In this document: piece by piece, positions 1 to 11,074 of the stretch
Layout of the letters: each line of letters starts with the position of its first letter
Position numbering within the stretch: the stretch's first letter is position 1
Source: Candidatus Velthaea sp.
Lineage (GTDB): Bacteria; Vulcanimicrobiota; Vulcanimicrobiia; Vulcanimicrobiales; Vulcanimicrobiaceae
Assembly: GCA_965214935.1 (NCBI GenBank)
Contig: CBDCCS010000018.1
Coordinates: 96,001-160,000, forward strand
Length of the DNA stretch: 64,000 bases
Reading direction: 5' to 3'
The notes under the pieces: generated by a model
Databases searched by the model: none
Told to the model about the DNA's origin: nothing
What the model saw: only the letters and a program-made list of their open reading frames with translations
Position numbers and translations under genes: made by a program

Positions 1-838
1 GGCCGTTGCCTTCGATACCGGCAATGCCGACGATCTCGCCGGCGGCAACCGTGAAGCTCGCCCCGCTGAGTGCGCCGGCTCCGCTGCCTGCCTGCAAATC
101 GGTTACGACCAGCCGCGCGGCGGGCGCCGTAACGGCACGCGCCGCCAACGCCGGGATTTCACCGCCGACCATCGTGCGGGCGATCTCCGCCGCGCTCGTG
201 TCGCTCGTCGTATAGGTCGCAACATGTTTACCGCTGCGCATAACGCTAACGCGTCCGCTGTAGCCCATCACTTCGGTGAGCTTGTGCGTGACGATAAGGA
301 TCGCCGTACCGCGCTGCGCGAGCGCGCGTACCGTGACGAAGAACGCATCGATCTCACTCGGCGCGAGTGCAGCCGTCGGTTCGTCGAGCAGCAGCACCGC
401 CGGTTCACGAACGAGTTCGCGTAAGAGTTCGACGCGTTGCTTGATGCCGACGGGCAGCGTTTCGACGATCGCATCCGGGTCGACGGTCAAGCCGAAGCGC
501 GTGCAGAGTTCGTTCACGGCGGCACGCGCACGGCGCCGGTCGAGGCCCAAGCCGCTGCGCGGTTCGCGGCCGAGCAGAATATTTTCCCAAACGCGCAACC
601 GCTCGATGAGCGCGAAGTGCTGATGCACCAGGCCGATCGTTACGCTCGTCTCGACCGTCCCCGAATCCGGCTTGAGCGCGCCGTAGGCAATTGCCGCGAG
701 AGTTGATTTTCCTGCCCCGTTCTCACCGACGAGCGCATGGATTTCACCGGCAAAGAGATCGAGATCGACGCCGTCGACGGCCGTAACGGCGCCGAAGCGT
801 TTGTGAATTCCGCGCAGCCGCAGGACGGCGTCAGCCAT
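1..838 (-). CDS. ABC transporter ATP-binding protein (sugar/nucleoside CUT2 type), 3' part runs off the window
   Basis: Manual minus-strand translation from ATG at 838: MADAVLRLRGIHKRFG...GEIHALVGENGAGKST (Walker A)...LLLDEPTA (Walker B)...VTHKL, then the start of a second ABC domain (GEIVGIAGIEGNG). It lies directly downstream of a BMP lipoprotein gene. Confidence 0.93.
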   Translation of the reverse strand, partial: MADAVLRLRGIHKRFGAVTAVDGVDLDLFAGEIHALVGENGAGKSTLAAIAYGALKPDSGTVETSVTIGLVHQHFALIERLRVWENILLGREPRSGLGLDRRRARAAVNELCTRFGLTVDPDAIVETLPVGIKQRVELLRELVREPAVLLLDEPTAALAPSEIDAFFVTVRALAQRGTAILIVTHKLTEVMGYSGRVSVMRSGKHVATYTTSDTSAAEIARTMVGGEIPALAARAVTAPAARLVVTDLQAGSGAGALSGASFTVAAGEIVGIAGIEGNG

Positions 839-850
839 GCAGGCCCGTCA

Positions 851-1891
851 CTAGCGCAACGCGGCGTCCGGTTTAAATGCGGCGAGTTCTTCGCGCGTCG
901 ACGGCGGCACGATCTTGCCCGCAATAATCGCCGTTCGGATCTTCGCAATCCGCGCGATCCGGCCGGGCGTCATCACGCTTTTCGTATACGTGAACGGCGA
1001 CAAACCGACGCCGCTTTCTTTAAGTCCTAACACCAGATGGCCGCTCGGCAACTTCTGGGCGACCGCTTGCTGGGCGAGCCGGTAGACGCCGACATCGACG
1101 CGTTTGATCATACTGGTGAGCACGCGGCCCGGCGCGAGCGCATCTTGATCGGAGTCGACACCGATGATATATCCGCTCGGCCGCATCTTCACTTGTTCGA
1201 TCGCGCCGATCCCAGCTTTACCCGCCGCGACGAACACGACGTCGGCGCCCTGATCGAACAATACGCCGCTGAGTTCTTTGCCGGCGGCTGCATCGTCGAA
1301 GCTGCCGACGTATTTAACGGCAACTTTGATTTGCGGATCGATCTCGCGCGCACCGGCGGTGAAGCCAACCTCGAATTTTCGCAACAGCGGAATGTCGATG
1401 CCGCCTAAAAACGCGATCTGATGCGTCTTACTTGCCATCGCAGCGGCTGCGCCGGCGAGAAACGAGCCGTCTTCTTCTTTGAACGTGACCGATGCGACGT
1501 TCGGCTGGTCGACGACGGCGTCAATGATTGCGAAGTGCCGCAGCGGAAAGCGCGCCGCAACTTCGTTGACGTCTTTGGCCATCAGAAAGCCGATCGCGAA
1601 GATCAGATCGTATTCTTTATTGGAGAGAACGGTCAGGTTCGGTTGATAATCGGCTGCCGATTTCGATTGCAATATCGCGACATCGGCATGCAGCGTGGTT
1701 TTCGCTTCGTTCAAACCGCTCGCCGCGGAATCGTTGAACGACCGGTCGCCCAAGCCGCCCACATCGGTCACCATGCCTAGTCGTGCCTGCCCGCCCTCGG
1801 CAACGGACTTCGCGTGAGAGCAGCCTCCGAGCAAAAGAACGCTCAGGGCAAGAGTCAATGCGGCATAAACCGCACGGAAACCGTGCAACAT
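851..1891 (-). CDS. BMP family (PnrA/TmpC-like) ABC transporter substrate-binding lipoprotein
   Basis: Lipobox LLGGC; motifs GGLGDRSFN, GVDSDQ, SMIKRVD. Confidence 0.92.
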   Translation of the reverse strand: MLHGFRAVYAALTLALSVLLLGGCSHAKSVAEGGQARLGMVTDVGGLGDRSFNDSAASGLNEAKTTLHADVAILQSKSAADYQPNLTVLSNKEYDLIFAIGFLMAKDVNEVAARFPLRHFAIIDAVVDQPNVASVTFKEEDGSFLAGAAAAMASKTHQIAFLGGIDIPLLRKFEVGFTAGAREIDPQIKVAVKYVGSFDDAAAGKELSGVLFDQGADVVFVAAGKAGIGAIEQVKMRPSGYIIGVDSDQDALAPGRVLTSMIKRVDVGVYRLAQQAVAQKLPSGHLVLGLKESGVGLSPFTYTKSVMTPGRIARIAKIRTAIIAGKIVPPSTREELAAFKPDAALR

Positions 1892-1951
1892 CCGGGCTTC
1901 ACTACGCTTTCGATGCGGGTTGGCCTTTCGAGTGCCGCGAAGCGCATTCTA

Positions 1952-3124
1952 ATGAACGTTCCGGCTGGACGCAAAGGACCGACATCGCGCCGGCCGATCA
2001 CTCGCGGCGAACGGCGCGTGACGTACGCGCTCAAAGTCTTGGTCGTCATCGCACTGGCGATGTATCTGATCGTCGGTTTGCTGAACTTTTTTGCCGCAAT
2101 TCGCACGACCGGATTGCTGGTCGTGGCCGCGATGTTTTTCGCGTACCTCATTTATCCGCTCGTGCGCCGGCTCAACGAACGCGCGCCCGTCATTTGGTCG
2201 ATCGTTACCGTTTACGTGACGATCGCATTGCTCGGTTCGCTGGCGTTCGGTTTGCTCGTGCCGCCGCTCGTCGACCAATCGCAGAAGCTCGTCGTGCAGT
2301 TCCCCGGTTTCGTCAGCACGGCGCAAAGCGAATTGCTGCATCCGACGAACCCGCTACTGCTCCGACTTCCGGCCGATCAGCGGCACCATCTCGCCACGCT
2401 GCCCGCCCAAGTCGGAGCCTTCGTTCAGAAATACGCATTCGATGCAGCGCAACGAACGTTGGCGCTGGTATTGTCGGCAGTGACGGTGCTCGGCACGATC
2501 GTGATCGTTCCGGTCTTGGCCGCATACATGCTCATGGATGCAAGTAACGTCAAGCGACAAATCCTGGCGCTTTTTCCGCTCAAGCATCGGGCCAAAACCG
2601 ATGCGATCATCGACGATCTCGACTTAGTCGTCGGCGGATTCATCCGCGGGCAGCTCATCGACGGCGCGATCGTCGGTACGATGATCGGCGTCATGCTGGC
2701 CATCATGCACGTGCCCTACGCGCTGCTCATCGGCGTCGCAGCCGGCATCCTCAATTTCATTCCGTATGCCGGCGCGATCGTCGGCTTCGTTCCGTCGGTC
2801 ATTCTCGCATTGCTCGTCAACGGGCCGACGAATGCGCTCATCGTTGCGGGTTTGTTTGCCGTAATTCAACAGGTCGACGGCAATTTCGTCGCGCCGCGCG
2901 TGCTCAAAGACAACGTCGGACTGTCGCCGCTGTATATCATTTTGGCGATTCTCATCGGCAGCGAACTCTTCGGTCTGCCGGGTACCTTTTTGTCGGTTCC
3001 GGTCGCGGCAATGCTGCGCGTGCTGCGCGAACATCTGCTGCCGCAAGCCGTGTCGTCGGACGAGGTGCCGTCCGTATTGACGCGCGAGCCGTTGCGCGCG
3101 ATGCGTCCCGAGAAAGTGAAATGA
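1952..3124 (+). CDS. AI-2E family transporter (PerM/TqsA-like)
   Basis: Multi-TM protein with FIRGQL, LNFIPYAGA, QQVDGNFVAPRV motifs. Start moved to ATG 1952 to avoid overlap with the divergent BMP gene. Confidence 0.9.
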   Translation: MNVPAGRKGPTSRRPITRGERRVTYALKVLVVIALAMYLIVGLLNFFAAIRTTGLLVVAAMFFAYLIYPLVRRLNERAPVIWSIVTVYVTIALLGSLAFGLLVPPLVDQSQKLVVQFPGFVSTAQSELLHPTNPLLLRLPADQRHHLATLPAQVGAFVQKYAFDAAQRTLALVLSAVTVLGTIVIVPVLAAYMLMDASNVKRQILALFPLKHRAKTDAIIDDLDLVVGGFIRGQLIDGAIVGTMIGVMLAIMHVPYALLIGVAAGILNFIPYAGAIVGFVPSVILALLVNGPTNALIVAGLFAVIQQVDGNFVAPRVLKDNVGLSPLYIILAILIGSELFGLPGTFLSVPVAAMLRVLREHLLPQAVSSDEVPSVLTREPLRAMRPEKVK

Positions 3125-3993
3125 TGCGCGTGGCAGCCGTCGACGTCGTCGGCGTTCCGATGGATCTCGGTGCCGACCGGCGCGGTGTCGATATGGGGCC
3201 GTCGGCAATCCGCTATGCGAAGCTCAAAGAGTCGCTCGAGCGGCTTGGAATTTCGGTTCGCGATCACGGCAATCTGGCGGTGCCGCAACCCGAATCGGCT
3301 TCGACCGAGATGCAAGCTGCGAAGTTCTTGCCGATCATCCAAGACGTCTGCGGCGAATTGGCGAGCGTCGTCGAGACGATCGTACACGACGGACGCTTTC
3401 CGCTCGTCCTCGGCGGCGACCATTCGATCGCGATCGGGACACTCGCGGGGATTCGGCGCGGCCGCGGCACATCGCCCGGCGTCATTTGGGTCGACGCGCA
3501 CGGCGATATCAACACACCGCTGAGTTCACCCAGCGGTAACGTGCATGGTATGCCGGTTCACTTTGCAATCGAATCGAAAAATATCGAAACCGACCGCATG
3601 GTGTTCATCGGTCTGCGCGATGTGGATGACGGCGAGAAGCGCATCATCAACGACTTGGGCGTCAAAGCGTTCACCATGTCCGATATCGACCGGCTCGGCA
3701 TGAGCCGGGTGATCGACGAAGCGATCAAGATCGCGGCGCGCGGCGCCGATTCGCTGCATGTCAGCTTCGACATGGACGGTATCGATCCGACCGAAGCGCC
3801 CGGTGTCGGGACGGCCGTGCGCGGCGGCATTACGTATCGCGAAGCGCATTTTCTCATGGAAGCGGTCGCATCGTCCGGTACGCTCGGGTCGCTCGAAATC
3901 ACCGAGATTAACCCGATTCTCGACCGGGAAAACCAAACGGCGATCCTTGCCGTCGAGTTGATTCTCAGCGCGCTCGGTAAGACGACGTTATAG
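3121..3993 (+). CDS. rocF: Arginase
   Basis: GGDHSIA, DAHGDINT, SPSGNVHGMP, SFDMDGIDP and EINP Mn-binding motifs; ATGA overlap with the upstream gene. Confidence 0.95.
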   Translation: MMRVAAVDVVGVPMDLGADRRGVDMGPSAIRYAKLKESLERLGISVRDHGNLAVPQPESASTEMQAAKFLPIIQDVCGELASVVETIVHDGRFPLVLGGDHSIAIGTLAGIRRGRGTSPGVIWVDAHGDINTPLSSPSGNVHGMPVHFAIESKNIETDRMVFIGLRDVDDGEKRIINDLGVKAFTMSDIDRLGMSRVIDEAIKIAARGADSLHVSFDMDGIDPTEAPGVGTAVRGGITYREAHFLMEAVASSGTLGSLEITEINPILDRENQTAILAVELILSALGKTTL

Positions 3994-4118
3994 GCTCGGG
4001 CGGCAGGACGGTACGCGACGGCTTCGCCAAGATAACCGATTGACGGTCCCAGCGTCACATCGCTCGCCGGACGTTTCGCGCGGCGCAAAGCCACGATCAC
4101 CAAGGAGCTGCAATCGTT

Positions 4119-5214
4119 ATGGCAACTGCTGCCACCGAATACCGTCTGTCGACCGAAGAAACGCTCAAGGATTTCGTGCGGGCGATTCTCACCAAGGTCG
4201 AGATCGATCCGGCCGATGCGGCGATCGTGGCCGACGTGCTGGTCGCCTCCGATCTGCGCGGAATCGAATCGCACGGCGTTGCGCGGCTCGAATCCTATTA
4301 CGTCAACCGGCTGCGCAGAGGCCAGATCGAAGCGCATCCGACGATCGAGACGGTGCGTGAAACCGGCACGTCGATCTCGATCGATGCCGGGAACGGGCTC
4401 GGACATCCGGTCGCGAAACGCACGATGGACAAGGTCATCGCAAAAGCGCAGGAACACGGGTCGGCGTTCGGCGCCGTGCGCAACTCCAACCACTACGGCA
4501 TCGCCGGGTATTACGCGATGATGGGTCTCGAGCACGACCTGGTCGGCATGGCATCGACAAACACCGTTCGGTACGGCGCCCCCGACGTATGGGCGCGACT
4601 TGATGTTAGGCACCAACCCGTTCGCCTATGCCGTTCCGACCGGCGACGAACCGGCTTTCGTGCTGGACTTTGCGACAACGACGGTGCCGCGCGGCAAGCT
4701 CGAGGTGTACGGCCGCAAGAATAAACCGCTCAACCCGGGTTGGGCGATCGATGCGCAGGGTGTCGAGACGCTCGATGCCCAGGTTGCGCTAAGCGGGGCA
4801 TTATTGCCGCTGGGCGGGTTCGGCGTCGACAACGGCGGCCACAAAGGCTACGGCCTCGGATTGCTGGCCGATATTTTCTGCGGCGTTCTTTCGGGCGGAA
4901 AGTTCGGTAACAGCCTCCCGCGGCCCGAAGACGGTCCGCAACCCGGCGCAATCTCTCACTGGTTCGCGGCATTCCGGGTCGACGGATTCCGCAATGTCGC
5001 CGACTTCAAGCGCGACATGGATCGCGAATTGCAGAGCTTCAAAAACTCAGCCAAGACGCCGGGGCAAGAGCGCATTTACGTGGCGGGCGAGATCGAGTAT
5101 GAAAAGACGCTCGCACATCGGGCCAGCGGCGTTCCCGTCCACGTCAAGGTCTGGGATGGCCTCGAGAAGATGGCGGCGGAGTTGGGCGTACCGTTCGAGA
5201 TCGAACGCGCATAG
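4119..5214 (+). CDS. Ldh2 (malate/L-lactate dehydrogenase type 2) family oxidoreductase, split by one extra base at about 4579-4583
   Basis: N-half has DLRGIESHG and NSNHYG; C-half has GTNPFAYA, LDFATT, GGHKGYGL. Removing one C from CCCCC restores ...RYGAPTYGRDLMLGTNP. Confidence 0.88.
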
Positions 5215-5274
5215 CGCGCAACCTTTTCAAACCGCCGGTCTTTTTGCGGTGCGTCCGTCTTTAAGGAGCCGTCC

Positions 5275-5535
5275 ATGGGCAAAGCGACCGAAATGGTGTT
5301 GTATCAAGCGGAGTGGTGTCCGTATTGCGCGCGCGTGCGCAAAAAAATGACCGATTTGTTACTTGATTACAAAACGGTCAACGTTCCGCATGCGCATTCC
5401 GAACGTGGCGAAGTTCAGGCCGTATCGGGGCAAACGGGCATACCGGTGCTCGTCGACGGCGACGTCATCCTCGATGATGACGACGATATTATTCCGTATC
5501 TGGAGAAGACGTACGGAACCGCGGTAAGCGCGTAA
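5275..5535 (+). CDS. Glutaredoxin / GST N-terminal-domain protein
   Basis: WCPYC active site, GIPVLVD cis-Pro motif, AAGGAG RBS. Confidence 0.88.
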   Translation: MGKATEMVLYQAEWCPYCARVRKKMTDLLLDYKTVNVPHAHSERGEVQAVSGQTGIPVLVDGDVILDDDDDIIPYLEKTYGTAVSA

Positions 5536-5547
5536 CTCCGGCGCACC

Positions 5548-7212
5548 TTATTCTGCCGGGATCTCGATTCGGTCCGCCGTGTTTCGACGCTTCGGTAAGA
5601 TAAAGATCAACGGCATCAAGAGAAATGCCAAAGCGCCCAGCGCGAGTTGGGCGTCGGCATATGACATCACGCTGGCTTGGGTGAGGATCGTTCCATAGAG
5701 CGTGCCGATCGAGCCGTGATCGGCGAGAAGCGATCGCACCGCGATACTGCTCGTGTTGGCGTGACCGACAAGCACGTCTTGATGAAAGCTATTGCGTCGT
5801 GCGAGCAGCGTCACCAGACCGGCGGTCGAAAACGATCCGCCGAGTTGCAACGCGAGGCTATTAAAGGCCGCCGCCTTCGGCGCAACTGCTGCCGGTAAAG
5901 CGCTTAGAACGGCAATCGACAGCGGCGTAAACACCATCGCAAGCCCGATACCGCTCGTGACTGCCGGCGGGATCAGCGACGCGAAGTCATTCGACGACGT
6001 CGTGATGAGGCCAAGCCAGATTTGCGCCGTCCCGATCATCGCGAAACCGATAAAGAGAAGCAAGCGCGCATCGATCTTGCCGGCGCTTACATAGCGCGCG
6101 ATAAACGGCGTCAACAGCGCGATGAAAAATGCGCGCGTAAAGATCAATTCGCCGCTCAAGGTTGCGGTAAAGTTCAGCAAGCTCTGAACGTATTGCGGCA
6201 AGATGACCGTCGCGCCGTACAGCACTGCGCCGATCGCAAAGCCGAGCGCCGTTCCGGCGACGACGGCGCGATATTTGAACGCCCGCAAATCGACGATCGG
6301 CCGCGGGGTGCCGAACAATTCCCAAGCAATGAACCCGCACAAACCGAGGGCGGCAATGACGCCGAAGGTGGTGATGACGGGGTCGCTCCACCAATCGTTG
6401 CGTTGACCCTCATCGAGGATATATTGCAGCGATGCCAAGCCGACGGCAAGTAGCGTTAGTCCGATGCCGTCGATCGGCAGCTTGCGGGGCGCGGTCGGAT
6501 TTTTCATGCGCAGCAAAACGATCGCGGCTGCGATGACGCCCGGAACGACGTTGATGAAGAACACGTAGTTCCACGACACGTTGTCGGTCAGCCAGCCGCC
6601 TAAGGTCGGACCGACCGATGGACCGACGATCGCGCCCATGGCGAACAGCGCTTGACTCGCGCCGAGCTTATCCGGCGGAAAACTATCGCGCAGAGCCGCC
6701 TGCGCCGTTGCGACCAAACCCCCGCCGAAGAGCCCCTGCACCACACGCCAAAAGATCAGCGACTCGATCGAGGCGGAGAATCCGCAGAAGACCGAGGCGA
6801 CTGTAAAACCGATGATCGCCGTCGAGTAATATTGCCGCCGGCCGAAGCGCATTTGCAGCCACGGCGTGAGCGGAATGACCACCACGGCCGAAACGATGTA
6901 GCCGGTAACGACCCAGGCGCCTTCATCGATCGTTGCCCCGAGATTGCCCTGTATGACCGGCAGCGCAACGTTGACGATCGTCGTGTCGAGCGTCTGCATG
7001 AGGGTTGCGAGCATGATCCCGATGGTGATGAGAACGAGCGCCGGGCCCTTCTCGACGACATCGAGCTCTTGATCCGCGCGGCGGAAACTTGGGGCAACGC
7101 CGTTCTGCGGCGGGGCGGCAACTGCCAAAGGGGGACTCCCGGGAAGTGAAGCGAGATGGTCTCTCGTTTCCCTCAACCACGCGCGGACAGAAGTCGATTC
7201 ACGCACGCGCAC
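5548..7212 (-). CDS. DHA2 family (EmrB/QacA) MFS efflux permease
   Basis: LDTTIVNVALP, GPTLGGWLTD, WNYVFFINV motifs and many TM segments. Exact start uncertain. Confidence 0.9.
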   Translation of the reverse strand: MRVRESTSVRAWLRETRDHLASLPGSPPLAVAAPPQNGVAPSFRRADQELDVVEKGPALVLITIGIMLATLMQTLDTTIVNVALPVIQGNLGATIDEGAWVVTGYIVSAVVVIPLTPWLQMRFGRRQYYSTAIIGFTVASVFCGFSASIESLIFWRVVQGLFGGGLVATAQAALRDSFPPDKLGASQALFAMGAIVGPSVGPTLGGWLTDNVSWNYVFFINVVPGVIAAAIVLLRMKNPTAPRKLPIDGIGLTLLAVGLASLQYILDEGQRNDWWSDPVITTFGVIAALGLCGFIAWELFGTPRPIVDLRAFKYRAVVAGTALGFAIGAVLYGATVILPQYVQSLLNFTATLSGELIFTRAFFIALLTPFIARYVSAGKIDARLLLFIGFAMIGTAQIWLGLITTSSNDFASLIPPAVTSGIGLAMVFTPLSIAVLSALPAAVAPKAAAFNSLALQLGGSFSTAGLVTLLARRNSFHQDVLVGHANTSSIAVRSLLADHGSIGTLYGTILTQASVMSYADAQLALGALAFLLMPLIFILPKRRNTADRIEIPAE

Positions 7213-7240
7213 CGGTCAGGCCACGATCCGGCCGCGCTGC

Positions 7241-8866
7241 CTACGAGCGGGGCCGTCGATCCGTGACCAACGGCTCCGGCGCCGGGGCTTCGGACCGCTT
7301 TGCGACGGCGGAAAAGTCGGCAATTTGCCGATCGACCCAGAGTGTTGATTCGTTGCGTTCGGCGCGAAGAATTCGTGCCACTTCGGGCGCCGCGGCGATG
7401 CTCGCCGCCTCGTCGAGAAACAGGGCGCGGGTGCGGCGCGCTAAGACGTCATCAACGGTTCTGGCCATCTCGGCGCGTACGGCAAAGATCACATGAGCGC
7501 GCGTGTAAGGCAAGCGTTCGTGCAGCTTTGCCGCTGCGGACGAATCGTCGCGGACGATGTTCGCGAGCGCCGTCGCATCCGTGCCGTATACCCGCAATGC
7601 TTCGGCACCGCCGCTCGCAACGGAGTCGGCCGTCGCCGGCGAGCCGTGTAGCGGAAGCGTTGCCGTAATGCAAGGGCGTTGCGGCAGCGCGCCGTGCGCG
7701 CAAACCGCGTCGACGACGTCTTGTGCCATGCGCCGGTATGTCGTCCATTTGCCGCCGGTTACCGTGATGAGTCCGCTGCGCGACGTCTCAATGTAATGTT
7801 CGCGCGAAAGCTTCGCCGTCGCCGTTGCTTTGCCGTTGACGAGCGGGCGTAAGCCGGCGAACGACGCGCGAACATCCGCCCGCGCGATCGGCGTGCGTAA
7901 ATACCGGTTGACGTGCGTGATAAGATACGTAATTTCAGCGTCGGACGGCGACGGATCGAGTTCGGGGAACGTCGCCGGAATATCCGTCGTGCCGACAACC
8001 ACGCGATCGTGCCATGGGATGGCAAAAAGCACGCGACCGTCGTCGGTCTTCGGAATGATGAGCGCGCGATCGCCCCCGAGAACTTCGCGGTCGAGCACGA
8101 TGTGCGTGCCGCGGCTGAGCGCTAGTAACGGCCGAACGTCCCGCCGGTCGAGCGAACGTAGCGCGTCGACAAAAATTCCGGTCGCATTGACGACGACCGA
8201 TGCTCTGATGCTGAACTCGGCGCCCGTTTCCACGTCGAAGGCAACGACGCCGTTGATTCGTCCGCTGTCTTGAATGAAGCGTTCGGCGCGCACGTAATTC
8301 GCAATAACGGCGCCGCGTTTAGCCGCGGTGCGTGCGAGTGCAATCGCGAAGCGCGCGTCGTCGAATTGTCCGTCGTGATATTCGACGCCGCCGCGCAGCC
8401 GGCGGCCATCGAGGTTCGGCACGCGGTCGAGTACCGCACGGCGTCCGAGGATACGGCTGGACCCGAACGTTGCGCCGGCGGCGAGCAATTGATAGGCAGT
8501 CAAGCCGGCCGCATAGTACGCTGTCTCGAGCGCGCTGAACGTCGGCAGCACGAAGGCCAGATCGTGAACCAGATGCGGCGCATTGCGCCGCATCACTGCA
8601 CGCTCGTAAAGCGCTTCACGGACCAAAGCAATGTTGCCGCTTTGCAAGTAACGCACGCCGCCGTGCGCGAGCTTTGTAGAGCGGCTCGACGTGGCTTTCG
8701 CGAAGTCCATGGCCTCGATGAGTGCCGTTCGATATCCGCGCGTTGCTGCGTCGAGCGCGGTACCTAGCCCGGTCGCGCCGCCGCCGATAACAAGGACATC
8801 GACCGGCGTTTGAAGCCGTTCGATGTTCGCCGCGCGGTTGAAGCACGCAGTATGCCGATCGGTCAT
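7241..8866 (-). CDS. glpD: FAD-dependent glycerol-3-phosphate dehydrogenase
   Basis: [36 protein letters not shown] at 8866 overlaps the glpK stop (ATGA). Confidence 0.94.
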   Translation of the reverse strand: MTDRHTACFNRAANIERLQTPVDVLVIGGGATGLGTALDAATRGYRTALIEAMDFAKATSSRSTKLAHGGVRYLQSGNIALVREALYERAVMRRNAPHLVHDLAFVLPTFSALETAYYAAGLTAYQLLAAGATFGSSRILGRRAVLDRVPNLDGRRLRGGVEYHDGQFDDARFAIALARTAAKRGAVIANYVRAERFIQDSGRINGVVAFDVETGAEFSIRASVVVNATGIFVDALRSLDRRDVRPLLALSRGTHIVLDREVLGGDRALIIPKTDDGRVLFAIPWHDRVVVGTTDIPATFPELDPSPSDAEITYLITHVNRYLRTPIARADVRASFAGLRPLVNGKATATAKLSREHYIETSRSGLITVTGGKWTTYRRMAQDVVDAVCAHGALPQRPCITATLPLHGSPATADSVASGGAEALRVYGTDATALANIVRDDSSAAAKLHERLPYTRAHVIFAVRAEMARTVDDVLARRTRALFLDEAASIAAAPEVARILRAERNESTLWVDRQIADFSAVAKRSEAPAPEPLVTDRRPRS

Positions 8867-10392
8867 ACGGAAGTTGCAGCGGCTGTTGCCTCCTCCGCCG
8901 CCCAGCCGAGGGTGCGTTTCACCGCACGCGTCCATCCCGCCATTAATTTCTCGCGCTGCTCCGAAGTAATGTTCGGCGAAAAGCGCCGGCTTTCGTGCCA
9001 GTGCTTTGCGACGGCATCGACGTCGGGCCAGAAGCCGGTCTGCAGGCCGGCAAGGTATGCAGCGCCGAGGGCGGTCGTTTCGGTCACTTGCGGCCGTACG
9101 ACATCAACGCCCAAAATATCCGCTTGAAACTGCATGGCTATGTCATTGAGCGCAGCTCCGCCATCGACGCGCAGTTCGCTCAGCGTCAACTTCGCATCGC
9201 GCTGCATCGCGGCGATCACTTCGGCGGACTGATATCCCATCGCTTCGAGGGCGGCGCGTGCGATGTGGGCGCGCGTCGTCCCGCGCGTGATTCCGATGAG
9301 CATTGCGCGTGCGTACGGATCCCAATAGGGTGCGCCGAGACCCGCAAAAGCGGGGACAAAATAGGTACCGCCCGAGTCGCCGGCGCCACGCGCAAGAATC
9401 TCGATGTCCGAAGAGCGTTCGATTATGCCGAGTCCGTCGCGCAGCCACTGCACGGCCGCGCCGGTTACGAAAATCGAGCCTTCGAGTGCGTACGTGACCC
9501 GCTTCGGCTCGAATCCAAATGCAATCGTGGACAGCAGCCCTTCGTTGCTGCGGACAATCGTGTCTCCGGTATTTAGCACGACGAAGGAGCCCGTGCCGTA
9601 CGTATTTTTTCCCATCCCGCATGTGAAGCCGGCTTGACCGACGAGCGCCGCCTGCTGATCGCCGGCAATCCCGGCGATTCGAATCGGGGCGCCGAAGATG
9701 TCCGGCCGTGTCATGCCGAAAGCCGCGGTGCTCGGCAATACTTCGGGCAGCACGGCGCGCGGCACGTTAAAAAGGCGTAGCAGTTCTTCGCTCCAATCGA
9801 GCTGCTCGATATCGAATAGCAACGTGCGCGAAGCGTTCGTCACATCGGTGACGTGTCGTGTGCCGCCGGTGAGTTTGAACGTCAGCCAACTATCGACCGT
9901 ACCGAAGGCAACCTCGCCGCGTTCCGCGCGTTCTCGCAATCCGGGAGTGCGATCGAGCATCCAGCTTAATTTCGTTGCCGAGAAATACGGATCGAGAAGC
10001 AGGCCGGTGATGCGGCGAACCCGATCTTCGTGTCCGTCCGCGCGTAGCGCATCGCAGGTTACCGCCGTTCGGCGGTCTTGCCACACGATCGCATTGTGCA
10101 ACGCGCGCCCGGTCGTACGATCCCAAATCACGGCCGTCTCACGCTGGTTGGTAATGCCGATCGCTGCAACATCGTCTGCTTCGACGCCGGCACCGCGCAG
10201 TGCGCCGCGTGCGGTGGAGAGTTGCGAACGCCAGAGATCGTCGGCGTCATGTTCGACCCAACCCGGTTGTGGAAAGTGTTGGCGAAACTCCGCCTGTTCG
10301 ATGGCGCGCATCTTGCCGTCGCGATCGAATACGATCGCACGCGAACTTGTCGTACCTTGATCCAAAGCAAGAATGAAACGTTGCCGGCTCAC
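8863..10392 (-). CDS. glpK: Glycerol kinase
   Basis: [38 protein letters not shown]. Confidence 0.97.
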   Translation of the reverse strand: MSRQRFILALDQGTTSSRAIVFDRDGKMRAIEQAEFRQHFPQPGWVEHDADDLWRSQLSTARGALRGAGVEADDVAAIGITNQRETAVIWDRTTGRALHNAIVWQDRRTAVTCDALRADGHEDRVRRITGLLLDPYFSATKLSWMLDRTPGLRERAERGEVAFGTVDSWLTFKLTGGTRHVTDVTNASRTLLFDIEQLDWSEELLRLFNVPRAVLPEVLPSTAAFGMTRPDIFGAPIRIAGIAGDQQAALVGQAGFTCGMGKNTYGTGSFVVLNTGDTIVRSNEGLLSTIAFGFEPKRVTYALEGSIFVTGAAVQWLRDGLGIIERSSDIEILARGAGDSGGTYFVPAFAGLGAPYWDPYARAMLIGITRGTTRAHIARAALEAMGYQSAEVIAAMQRDAKLTLSELRVDGGAALNDIAMQFQADILGVDVVRPQVTETTALGAAYLAGLQTGFWPDVDAVAKHWHESRRFSPNITSEQREKLMAGWTRAVKRTLGWAAEEATAAATSV

Positions 10393-10526
10393 GTTCTGCT
10401 CCTAACGTTGCGCGCAGGCGAGTACTTTGCCGTCAGTATGGTGTTCGTCTGCTCGCTAAGAGCAGATTCTTTTAACGCAGCGAACTGTCTGGTAAATTGC
10501 TCGATAAAATGAAAGGAGGATTCGAG

Positions 10527-11030
10527 GTGTTCGACGATTCCGAAAGCTCCGTCGATTACATTCGGCGCCTGACGTTTCTACGCGAAGAGACGCGCTTCGA
10601 GATCGGCTTGCTACACGATCGCGTCAACGCACTTATCAGCGCCGAGGCGTTTTTGACGATAGCATTTACCATGGCGATGAGCAGTTCCAATAATCGTTGG
10701 GGATCGATCTTCTCCGTACTCGTGCCGCCCATTCTATCGCTCCTCGGCTTCATTCTGGCCGTTCTGGCTTGGCCCGGCGTCGTTGCGAGCTACAAAATCA
10801 TCGTTGAGTGGAACGTGCGCCAACTGGCATTGATGCAGGCGGAGCCCGGCTTGACCGGCATCATGTGGCGCCGCGACGCAAATGGAAGCGGCAGCGAACG
10901 TGCGGCTCCCGACCGCGGACTTTCGATGCTCTTTGCGCGCGCAGTGCCCGCCGTGTTCGCTGCCGCATGGGCTATTCTAACGGTTATCGCAGTCTTGCTG
11001 CCGTTGCAACGAGCCGGCGGAAAGACTTGA
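10527..11030 (+). CDS. Hypothetical 3-TM membrane protein
   Basis: GTG at 10527 preceded by AAGGAGG; a charged N-terminal helix followed by three hydrophobic segments. Confidence 0.72.
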   Translation: MFDDSESSVDYIRRLTFLREETRFEIGLLHDRVNALISAEAFLTIAFTMAMSSSNNRWGSIFSVLVPPILSLLGFILAVLAWPGVVASYKIIVEWNVRQLALMQAEPGLTGIMWRRDANGSGSERAAPDRGLSMLFARAVPAVFAAAWAILTVIAVLLPLQRAGGKT

Positions 11031-11074
11031 TGTGTCGGATACGTTCAGGTGCGCTGCTTGCCGGCGGCGTAACG

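Noticed and set aside
4579..4583. Programmed frameshift or phase variation in the Ldh2 gene
   Set aside because: C5 is short, there is no slippery heptamer, and the same indel pattern recurs in unrelated genes.
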